Of a DNA stretch of 34,683 nucleotides, positions 26,791 through 34,683 are shown one piece after another; the first letter of the stretch is position 1; every line of letters begins with the position of its first letter. The stretch covers positions 1 to 34,683 of the forward strand of contig CAZBYY010000003.1 of the NCBI GenBank assembly GCA_964495855.1, written 5' to 3'. A program made the position numbers and the translations under genes. This stretch comes from an uncultured Acidobacterium sp. Lineage in GTDB: Bacteria > Acidobacteriota > Vicinamibacteria > Vicinamibacterales > UBA2999. The notes beneath the pieces are model-generated. The model was not told the DNA's origin, did not search any database, and saw only the letters and a program-made list of their open reading frames with translations.

Positions 26791-29730
26791 TCACCATTTG
26801 GCTTGCATGCCAAGGCGGATCAAGCGGCCCTGCAGAATCGACGCGGGCCGATCGAGCGCTGTGCCGTAGGTCTGTACGGCGGACAACACGACGCCGGAAT
26901 TGAGTGCGTTGTATGCGTCGAACTGCGCTTCGAGCGACACCTTGCCGATCTCGAGGGGGCGTCGAAAGCGCAGGTCCACCTGGTTGTGCCGCGCGAGCAA
27001 CTTCGATCCAGGGTCGACAAGCTGAACGTTGACCGATGACTGGGTCAAGTTCGCGCCCGTCAGGTTCCGAAACGTCGTTCGGTCCACGTTCCAGATCACG
27101 CGCAGCGAAGGATCGATCGCGGCAATGGTGCCGTCCACCGACGCATTGCGCGCGTCGCCGTTATAGCTCTGCAGCGACGCAGAGACCTGCAGCTTGTACG
27201 GCAGCGAATACGAGCCGTTGAGCTTGAACTGCGTGTAAAACGGAATGCGGTATTGCCCCATGTCGCAGTAGAGCAGGAAATTTGGATCCTCGACTTCGCA
27301 CGTATTCGCGACCGTGTGACCCGCCGTGACACCGCCAAAAATATTCAGGCCCTTCGCCCGGCTTTGAAAGTTGATGTCCACGCCGGTGAACACGCGGCGA
27401 TTGCTGCTGGAATTCTGGTCAAGCACGTCAAACGCCGTGGCCTTTGCGGGATCGAGGTTGTAGATCGGAACCGTCACCGCAGGATTCAACGGGCTGGGCA
27501 CCTTGAACAGCGTGTAGTCCGACGGGTTGATGGCGCGGTTGTCAGACCAGATTAGGTTGCGGTAATCGCGCCGCACGAATGCGGCCGTCACCGACGTCCC
27601 CTGCAGCAACTGCCGCTGGATGCTCGCGTTCATCTCGTACTGGAACGGCCGCGCGATGTCGGCGGCAAAATTTTGCGGCGGCTTCACGCCGAATGTCGAC
27701 GGCAGCGTCGAGAAGTCGATCTCGCAGCCGGGCGACCGGAACACGCACGGCACGCGATTGCCGGCCGCGTCAAACGTGACGCCGCCCTGCGCGATGTCGT
27801 CGTTGTTCAGGTCGGCCCACGTCAAGGTCGCCGAAGCGTAGAAGTTCGGGTCGTACACGTCGGAGAATCCGGTGGTGTAGGCGCGGACGTACTTGCCCCA
27901 CCCCATCTTGACAGCCGTCTTGCCGTCGCCGGCGACGTCCCAGACGAAGCCGACGCGCGGCGACACGTCATTCCAGTTGGGAACATTCTTCCGAGTAGGA
28001 AAGGTTCTATACGGGACGAATCGCCCAGGCAGTGCCGATCGTTCCTCGGTCGATGCATTGAAATGTTCGAACCGGATGCCAGGGTTCAGCGTCAGGCGGC
28101 CAAGCACCCACTGGTCCTGAATGAACACGCCGGCGTCAGCGTTCATGTTCGTGAGCGAATCCTGCGGCGTGTTGTGGATGATCACCTGAGCGGGGACGCC
28201 CGATCGATAGAGCTGGATCAGGTCGGCGGCTTCGCGGCGCTGCCGCCAGAAATAACCAAAGCCATACTGCACGCCCGCCTTGATGTTGTGCGAGCCGGTG
28301 ACGTACGACGCCGCGGCCATCACCGTCTTGCGAATCGGTTCGCGGTAGTACACGCCTCCGTCGTACTGGTCGTAGGCCGTCTGCAGGATCACGTCGCGCT
28401 TGGGAATCGTGCTCGACACGGTGGGCACGGGATTGACCCCGCTCGTCGGTAGCGGCGGCACCGATGCTGGATCGAGCGGCGTCAGGGAGTAGCTCTCGTT
28501 GTTGATCGCGAAGCCGGCCTCGACCAGCATCCGACTCGTGAGGGTCCCCGTATATTTGATCTCGTTGGTGTAGTACTGCTTGGGTGCGCGAATGTCCGTC
28601 GCCTCGCCGGCAATGGCATACCCCGCGGGCGCGGAGTTTTCGTGGCCTCGGAATTTCCGTATGCGATCGAGATAGCCGGCCACCTTATGCTTGGCGCCCA
28701 AACGCGCGGTCAATCTCACCACGCCGCTGGTGATACGCGCATCGTCGATGGTCTGGTCGCCGTTCTTGAAGAAGCTGTTGGCGATGTACTGATACACGCC
28801 CCAGTCACGCATCGAGGCAAAAAACCAGATGCGATCACGACGGAGTGGGCCGCCCTGCGCAATATTGATGTCCCACACCTTGTCGAGCCTGTCTGGCGCG
28901 CGCAGTCCCTGTGCCAGGGCGGCGTCGGCGTTGTTGGACTGCAGGTCGTGGTTGCCGGCTGAAAAAAACGCCGTCCCCCGGAAAGCGTTACCGCCGTCCT
29001 TTGGAATCATGTTGGCGCGGACGCCGCCGGCTGAGGTCTCCGCGGTGATGGCACTCGTCTGGTAGCTGACCTCTTCGAACATCATGTCGTTGAAGTAGCT
29101 CTGGACGCTGCCGTCGCCCTCGAGCCCATTGAGCACCATGCCGTCGACCAAGAACGTCGTATCGCGTCCATCGGATCCGTGCACGGTGAGGTCGCGATTC
29201 TGCATGCCAGACGTGCCGCCGACGTCTGGCAGGGCCAGGCGCGCGCCCGGCAGCATCGCCCCTAGCGTGGGGATGCTGCGGCCCGTCGGCACGGCGTCGA
29301 GCAGGGCCCTCGGCAGAACTTGCTGCTGCACGGCCGATGAGGTGTCAATGACGGGTGAGAGGCCCGATACCGTGATGGTCTCTTCGAGGGCGCCCACCTT
29401 CAACTCAACGTTGATCGTCGCGGTGAAGTTTGCCGGCAGTTCTACCCCGTCACGCTTGACGGTGCTGAATCCGGGAAGTGAAAAGCTGATGGCGTAGACA
29501 CCAGGCCGCAGGTCGATGACGGTGTAGCGGCCCTCACCATCAGTGATGACCGCGCGGCTCTTCTCGATCAACGCCGGACTCGAGACGTCCACCGTCACCC
29601 CTGGAAGGGCCCCACCCGAGCCGTCGGTGACCGACCCCGCAATCGCACTCTGCGCTCGCGCGATTGCCGGCACGGACGCCAAGAGACACGCCAACACCAG
29701 TACCCGGAATTTCCGCTGACCGAACGCCAT
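26791..29730 (-). CDS. Oar-like TonB-dependent receptor with carboxypeptidase-regulatory-like domain
   Basis: IAGSVTD.SG..LPGVTV..SSPALIE, N.IPKDGGN, SPRVGF.WD..GDGKT, YNALN, RLGMQAKW; GGAGG RBS. Confidence 0.92.
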   Translation of the reverse strand: MAFGQRKFRVLVLACLLASVPAIARAQSAIAGSVTDGSGGALPGVTVDVSSPALIEKSRAVITDGEGRYTVIDLRPGVYAISFSLPGFSTVKRDGVELPANFTATINVELKVGALEETITVSGLSPVIDTSSAVQQQVLPRALLDAVPTGRSIPTLGAMLPGARLALPDVGGTSGMQNRDLTVHGSDGRDTTFLVDGMVLNGLEGDGSVQSYFNDMMFEEVSYQTSAITAETSAGGVRANMIPKDGGNAFRGTAFFSAGNHDLQSNNADAALAQGLRAPDRLDKVWDINIAQGGPLRRDRIWFFASMRDWGVYQYIANSFFKNGDQTIDDARITSGVVRLTARLGAKHKVAGYLDRIRKFRGHENSAPAGYAIAGEATDIRAPKQYYTNEIKYTGTLTSRMLVEAGFAINNESYSLTPLDPASVPPLPTSGVNPVPTVSSTIPKRDVILQTAYDQYDGGVYYREPIRKTVMAAASYVTGSHNIKAGVQYGFGYFWRQRREAADLIQLYRSGVPAQVIIHNTPQDSLTNMNADAGVFIQDQWVLGRLTLNPGIRFEHFNASTEERSALPGRFVPYRTFPTRKNVPNWNDVSPRVGFVWDVAGDGKTAVKMGWGKYVRAYTTGFSDVYDPNFYASATLTWADLNNDDIAQGGVTFDAAGNRVPCVFRSPGCEIDFSTLPSTFGVKPPQNFAADIARPFQYEMNASIQRQLLQGTSVTAAFVRRDYRNLIWSDNRAINPSDYTLFKVPSPLNPAVTVPIYNLDPAKATAFDVLDQNSSSNRRVFTGVDINFQSRAKGLNIFGGVTAGHTVANTCEVEDPNFLLYCDMGQYRIPFYTQFKLNGSYSLPYKLQVSASLQSYNGDARNASVDGTIAAIDPSLRVIWNVDRTTFRNLTGANLTQSSVNVQLVDPGSKLLARHNQVDLRFRRPLEIGKVSLEAQFDAYNALNSGVVLSAVQTYGTALDRPASILQGRLIRLGMQAKW

Positions 29731-29821
29731 GCCAACCTCCCCACGAATTAGCGACCAACCCGACGAAGATCAAGGACGATGCGAACCGGTGCGAGATGAA
29801 GAACGACGCGAAGAGACCGCC

Positions 29822-29849
29822 AGTGTAGTGATTTGGTTCAGAAGGTCAA
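29822..29849 (-). promoter_or_regulatory. Sigma-70 promoter for the receptor-NHL operon
   Basis: TTGACC-N16-TACACT on the minus strand. Confidence 0.6.
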
Positions 29850-29898
29850 GAGGCATCCAGCGGTCTCGAAGGGTGGTACCGCGGGCAACCGCCTCGGT

Positions 29899-30717
29899 TC
29901 ACCGCTGACAGGCCGTGCAATAAAACGTGGAGCGGCCGGCCTGCCACAGCCGCGCGATGGTGCCGTCGCATCCGGAGCGAAGGCATCGCAAGCCTTCGCG
30001 CTCGTACACACGGAAGCGCGCGGACCGGTACGGCGATTCACGGCGCTTGATCGCGCTCGACAGCACCAACTTGATCGACTTGACCAGCCGCTCCGCTTCC
30101 GTCCGCGGCTCCCCTGGTCGCGTCGCGATCGTGGCCGCCTTGCGCAGCGGCGAGAGACGCGCGTGATGCAGCGCTTCGCTGGCGTAGATATTCCCCACGC
30201 CGGCAACAATCCGCTGATCGAGAAGCGCGACCTTCAGCGGTACTCTCTTGCCGGCGCACGCGCGCGCCAGCGCCACGGCATCGAACGCCCTCGACAGCGG
30301 CTCGGGGCCCATCTTCTTCAGCGACGGGTAGTCATCGACGTGCCCGTGCCCGGTCAGATCCATGAAGCCAAAGCGGCGAGGGTCGTTGAACACGATGCGC
30401 TGTCCCGACGACATCACGAACACCACATGATCGTGCGGATCGGGCTCGCGCGATCGGTCGCCGAGCGGCGCCACCGTGAACCAGCCGGACATGCCCAAGT
30501 GCATGATCAGCGCGTCGCCCGACGACATGGGGACCACCAGGTACTTCCCGCGTCTCTCGACGGCCCGCACGGTCTGCCCGCGCAGGCGTTCCGCGAACTT
30601 GTCCGGAAAAGGAATCCGCAGGTTGGGCCGATTGACGATGACGCGGCGGAACCGGGCGCCGAGCATCGCGGGTTCGAGCATCCGTCGCACCGTTTCTACT
30701 TCTGGCAGCTCAGGCAC
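29899..30717 (-). CDS. mutM: Formamidopyrimidine-DNA glycosylase / AP lyase
   Basis: (M)PELPEVET, RRGKYL, HLGMSG, DPRRFG, GVGNIYASEAL, C-terminal zinc finger; start at GTG 30717 gives the catalytic Pro2. Confidence 0.97.
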   Translation of the reverse strand: MPELPEVETVRRMLEPAMLGARFRRVIVNRPNLRIPFPDKFAERLRGQTVRAVERRGKYLVVPMSSGDALIMHLGMSGWFTVAPLGDRSREPDPHDHVVFVMSSGQRIVFNDPRRFGFMDLTGHGHVDDYPSLKKMGPEPLSRAFDAVALARACAGKRVPLKVALLDQRIVAGVGNIYASEALHHARLSPLRKAATIATRPGEPRTEAERLVKSIKLVLSSAIKRRESPYRSARFRVYEREGLRCLRSGCDGTIARLWQAGRSTFYCTACQR

Positions 30718-30744
30718 CGTCACCCTTATTATGGCGTGACCGAA

Positions 30745-32289
30745 ATGGCCACCATCAATTCCCTCGACGTCATCGTCATCGTCGGATACCTGTTATTGCT
30801 CGCCGGCATTGGCGTCTACTTCTCCAGGCGGCAGACGAATCTCGAAACCTTCTTGATGGGCGGCGGCCGGATGTCGTGGCTGCCGGTCGGCCTTTCGTTG
30901 ATGGCCGCGCTCAACAGCGGCATCGATTACCTCACGCAGCCGTCCGCGACGATCCAGTACGGTCTCGTGCTCGCGCTCGGCACGCTGTCCTGGTTCGCCA
31001 TCTACCCGTGGGTGGCGATCGTCGTGTTTCCGTTCTTCAGGCGGCTGCACGTCTTCTCGATCTACGAGTACCTCGAGGACCGCTTCGACGTGCGCGTGCG
31101 GACGCTTGCCGCGATCATCTTCATTGCGTGGCGGCTTGGCTGGATGGCCACCGCGCTCTACGTGCCGTGCCTCGCGATCAACGCGGCGTCGGGCGGTACC
31201 GTCAATCTCACGCTGATGATCGTGATTGCCGGTGTGCTCGTCACCCTCTACACGATGCTCGGCGGCATCGAGGCCGTCGTGTGGAATGACGTCATTCAGT
31301 TCTCGGTGATGTTCTTCGGTCTCGGCGCCACGGTGTGGATCGTCGCCACCACCGCGTCGGGCGGCATCACCGGCATCTGGGCGGCTGCCGACGCCGGGGG
31401 GCGAACCAATCTCTGGGTGCCGCTCGCCGACAGCGTCACCGGATTCTTCCGGCAACCCATGACGGTACCCGCGTTGTTCTCCGCGCTGATCGTCGGGCGC
31501 ATGGCGCAATACACGACCGACCAGACGATGATCCTCCGCATCAAGAGCACGCGGACCGACCGCGAAGCCAAGCAGGCGTTCATCGTCAACGCGGCCGGCG
31601 ACGCGCTGTGGATGCTCGGGCTGACGTTCGTGGGCCTTGCGCTGTTTGCGTATTTCCAGCACACACCCGCGCCTGAAGGACTGCCGCCGGATCGATTGCT
31701 GCCCTACTTCATGATCAAGGTGTTCCCGGCCGGCACCGTCGGCCTCGTGAATGCCGCAATCCTCGCGGCGTCGCTCTCGAGCGTCGATGCGGCGATCCAC
31801 TCGGGCAGTTCCGTGATGGTGGTGGACCTCTACAACCGCATCGCCAAGGGCCGCAAGCTCGAACGCTCGAATCCAGGTACTGATCCCGCCGATGATCGCG
31901 CGCAGGTGTTCGCACTGCGCATCGGCACGATCATCATGGGCGTGCTCGGGACCACGCTCGCGTGCAATGTCGAAGGCATCGGCACGCTGCTCGAAATCAA
32001 CAAGAAGGTCACCGATTCATTCGGCGGGCCGTTGTTCGGGATCTTCCTGCTGGCGATGTTCAGTCCGCGCACGTCGAGCACGGCGGCACTGGCGGGGGGC
32101 GCGGCCGGCGCGCTCGCCGCGTACCTCGTCGCGTATCAGAGCTCGATCGGATTCTTCTGGCCGTCCACGTTCGGGCTCGGCGCCACCCTGATCGTCGGCA
32201 CGCTCGCGTCGTTTGTAACGCCCGCGCCCAAGGGCGAGGCCCTGACCTACACGTGGCGCGAGATCATGCGGCGTCCGACGGCCGGCTGA
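30745..32289 (+). CDS. Sodium:solute symporter family protein
   Basis: LDVIVIVGYL, SIYEYLE.RF, YT.LGG..AVVW.D.IQ, AAILAASLSS; many TM helices. Confidence 0.92.
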   Translation: MATINSLDVIVIVGYLLLLAGIGVYFSRRQTNLETFLMGGGRMSWLPVGLSLMAALNSGIDYLTQPSATIQYGLVLALGTLSWFAIYPWVAIVVFPFFRRLHVFSIYEYLEDRFDVRVRTLAAIIFIAWRLGWMATALYVPCLAINAASGGTVNLTLMIVIAGVLVTLYTMLGGIEAVVWNDVIQFSVMFFGLGATVWIVATTASGGITGIWAAADAGGRTNLWVPLADSVTGFFRQPMTVPALFSALIVGRMAQYTTDQTMILRIKSTRTDREAKQAFIVNAAGDALWMLGLTFVGLALFAYFQHTPAPEGLPPDRLLPYFMIKVFPAGTVGLVNAAILAASLSSVDAAIHSGSSVMVVDLYNRIAKGRKLERSNPGTDPADDRAQVFALRIGTIIMGVLGTTLACNVEGIGTLLEINKKVTDSFGGPLFGIFLLAMFSPRTSSTAALAGGAAGALAAYLVAYQSSIGFFWPSTFGLGATLIVGTLASFVTPAPKGEALTYTWREIMRRPTAG

Positions 32290-34084
32290 CCCCGGCCTCG
32301 GGCCACAGCCCGCGCATGACCCACGTGAGGGTCAGCGATGCGGTCACGAACACCGCGGTCATCAACGCGGCTTCGCCACGCTGGCCGTACAGCAGCTTGC
32401 CGATCATGAAGAGGCCCGACCAGATCGTGACGCAGCCGGCAAACCATCCGAGCAGCGCACGCGGAATGTTGTCTTCATCGGAAGGCGTTACGCCGCCAAC
32501 CTCGCGGCGGATGTCCTCCCATCCGGGGCCGAACGGACGCACCGTACGATAGAACGTGATCAGCGTCTGTCGATCGGTCTCTGGCGCCAGGTACGCGGCT
32601 GCCACCCAGCAGATCGTCGTGATCACCACCGTCACCAGAAGCCCGGAATGGGCGCTCAGTCCTTGTCCGCTGCGCGCCGCAACGAGCAAGCCGACCGACA
32701 CGAGCAGCGAGCTCGTCATCGCCACGATCTCGCACCACGCATTCACGCGCCACCAGAACCAGCGAACGAGATACAACAGTCCGGTGCCGGCGCCGATCTG
32801 CAGGATCACGCCAAACGCATCACGCGCGGTGTCCATCAAGTAGACCGTCGCCGACGAGGCGAAGAACAAGCCGACGGTGACAAGTCGACCGACCTGGACG
32901 TAGTGGTGGTCGGGCGCATCGCGATACACGAATCGCCGATAGAAGTCGTGCACGAGATACGACGCGCCCCAGTTCAGGTGCGTCAGGATCGTGGAGGAAT
33001 TCGCGGCGATCAATCCGCCAACCATCAAGCCCGCAAATCCCGCGGGCAGAAACCGAAGCATCGCCGGATACGCGATGTCGTGACCAAGCAGCGTGGGATC
33101 CAGATTCGGAAACGCTTTCTGGATATCCGAGAGCGCGGGGTAGACGATGAGCGACGCGAGGCCGACGAGGATCCAGGGCCAGGGGCGGAGGACGTAGTGG
33201 GCGAGGTTGAAGAACAGCACGCTGCGCAGTGCGTCCTTCTCCGATCGCGACGACAGCATCCGCTGCGCGATGTAGCTGCCGCCACCCGGCTCCGAGCCCG
33301 GATACCACACCGCCCACCATTGCACCGCGATCGGCATGATGAACACGGCGATCGCCAGCTCCGTGTTGTTGGTGAAGTCCGGCAAGAGGCTGGTGTAGTC
33401 CAGACCGCCGGGCCCGCGGCGGTGCGCCAGCTTCTCCATCAACGCGGCGAGCCCGCCGACCTGGGGCGCCGTCACCGCGAAGTATGCGGCCGCACTCACC
33501 GCCGACATCTTGATGAAGAACTGGATCATGTCGATGACGAGCACGCCCCACAGCCCTGAGTAGGTGGCGAATACGACGTTGAGCGCGCCGACGGCCGTCA
33601 AGGTTTGCCATCGCTCGAGACCGAACAGGATGGCGGCGATCTTCACCGCCGCCAGGTTGACGGTCGCCATGATGATGCAGTTGAAGAACAGCCCGAGATA
33701 CAGCGCGCGAAATCCGCGCACGAGCGAGGCGGGCGTGCCCGAATAGCGGATCTCGTAAAACTCGAGGTCGGTAAGGACGCCGGAGCGGCGCCACAACCGC
33801 GCGTAGAAGAACACCGTGGCGACACCGGTGAGCACGAACGACCACCACACCCAATTGCCGGCGACGCCGTCACGGCGGACGATGTCGGTGACGAGGTTCG
33901 GCGTGTCGCTGCTGAACGTCGTCGCCACCATCGACAGGCCGGCGAGCCACCACGGCACCGCGCGGCCCGACGCGAAAAACTCCGACGTGCTGCGACCCGC
34001 GCGTCGCCCGAAGAACAGTGCCGGGACAAAACACAGCAGCAGCGAGCACGCGATGACGATCCAGTCGAGTGCAGTCAGCGTCAC
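32264..34084 (-). CDS. Sodium:solute symporter family protein
   Basis: LDW.VI, FFASGR..PWWLAG.SMVATTFSSDTP, YIAQRML, GLIAA..ST. Confidence 0.92.
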   Translation of the reverse strand: MTLTALDWIVIACSLLLCFVPALFFGRRAGRSTSEFFASGRAVPWWLAGLSMVATTFSSDTPNLVTDIVRRDGVAGNWVWWSFVLTGVATVFFYARLWRRSGVLTDLEFYEIRYSGTPASLVRGFRALYLGLFFNCIIMATVNLAAVKIAAILFGLERWQTLTAVGALNVVFATYSGLWGVLVIDMIQFFIKMSAVSAAAYFAVTAPQVGGLAALMEKLAHRRGPGGLDYTSLLPDFTNNTELAIAVFIMPIAVQWWAVWYPGSEPGGGSYIAQRMLSSRSEKDALRSVLFFNLAHYVLRPWPWILVGLASLIVYPALSDIQKAFPNLDPTLLGHDIAYPAMLRFLPAGFAGLMVGGLIAANSSTILTHLNWGASYLVHDFYRRFVYRDAPDHHYVQVGRLVTVGLFFASSATVYLMDTARDAFGVILQIGAGTGLLYLVRWFWWRVNAWCEIVAMTSSLLVSVGLLVAARSGQGLSAHSGLLVTVVITTICWVAAAYLAPETDRQTLITFYRTVRPFGPGWEDIRREVGGVTPSDEDNIPRALLGWFAGCVTIWSGLFMIGKLLYGQRGEAALMTAVFVTASLTLTWVMRGLWPEAGVSRPSDAA

Positions 34085-34108
34085 GCCGTCACCCTACCAC
34101 GATCGTCA

Positions 34109-34683
34109 CTAGGTCACAGCGGCCCGCACGCTGAAACGCGGATCGCGCCACTCGCCGTTCTCCATGACGCCCACCAGCCGGTCGACGGCATCCCACACAT
34201 CGACGAATCGCGTGTAGAGCGGCGTGAAGCCAAAGCGGAGGATGTCTGGCGCCCGGAAGTCGCCGATCACCCCACGGGCGATCAGCGCTTGCATGATCGC
34301 GTAGCCCGCGTCGCTGTGCGCGAGCGAGACCTGGCTGCCCCGTGATGCCGGGTCGCGCGGCGTGGCGACGGTGAATCCGCATGTCCGGCAGCGTTCGTCA
34401 ACGAGCTCGATGAAGAGATTGGTCAGCGCGATCGATTTCGCGCGGATCGCATCCATGCCGCCGAGGTTGTTCGCGGCGCGCACCGTGTCGACGCCGCAGT
34501 CGAGCGCCGTCATCGACAACACCGGCGGTGTCCCGCACACGAATCGCTGGATGCCCCGGGCTGGTTGATACGTCGCGCTGAAGGCAAACGGCTCGCGATG
34601 GCCCAGCCAGCCGGACAGCGGCTGCCGCCAATCATCGCGGTCCATCTGTGCGAGATGGTCGGCGTGCGTCCAGATGAAGGCAG
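34109..34683 (-). CDS. kynU: Kynureninase, C-terminal part (5' end beyond window)
   Basis: PAFIW, QPLSGWLGH..PFAF, GTPPVLSM, RGSQVS, GVIGDFRAPDILRFGFTPLY. Confidence 0.93.
   Translation of the reverse strand, partial: AFIWTHADHLAQMDRDDWRQPLSGWLGHREPFAFSATYQPARGIQRFVCGTPPVLSMTALDCGVDTVRAANNLGGMDAIRAKSIALTNLFIELVDERCRTCGFTVATPRDPASRGSQVSLAHSDAGYAIMQALIARGVIGDFRAPDILRFGFTPLYTRFVDVWDAVDRLVGVMENGEWRDPRFSVRAAVT

Noticed and set aside
29833-30744. Apparent 300-aa N-terminal extension of the symporter
   Set aside because: It is the antisense frame of mutM; symporter similarity begins at about 30745

Overview
High-GC bacterial chromosomal segment, densely coding. The two Oar-like TonB receptors, NHL-repeat lyase-like protein, PEGA protein and ECF sigma plus small membrane protein suggest Acidobacteriota (Vicinamibacteria-like); this is an inference. 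Housekeeping genes: gltD (5' end cut by the window), mug, yaeQ, tRNA-Gln(CTG), NAD-dependent malic enzyme, mutM and kynU (5' end cut). Transport genes: three TonB-dependent receptors, an OprB/MnoP-like porin and two sodium:solute symporters. Directly after the tRNA lies an accessory signalling block (about 8.2-16.2 kb). It holds a DUF3291-like gene broken by one in-frame TAG, a CheB-CheR-PAS-HisKA_3 kinase, a stand-alone CheB, a second orphan kinase, three microproteins and a Crp/Fnr regulator. The most notable signal is a TGT-N10-ACA-type palindrome at class II activator distance (-41.5/-42.5) from three -10 boxes in this block; one copy serves two divergent microproteins. Several genes look leaderless, with a -10 box 5-7 nt before the start codon. 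No CRISPR array, integrase or transposase was seen.
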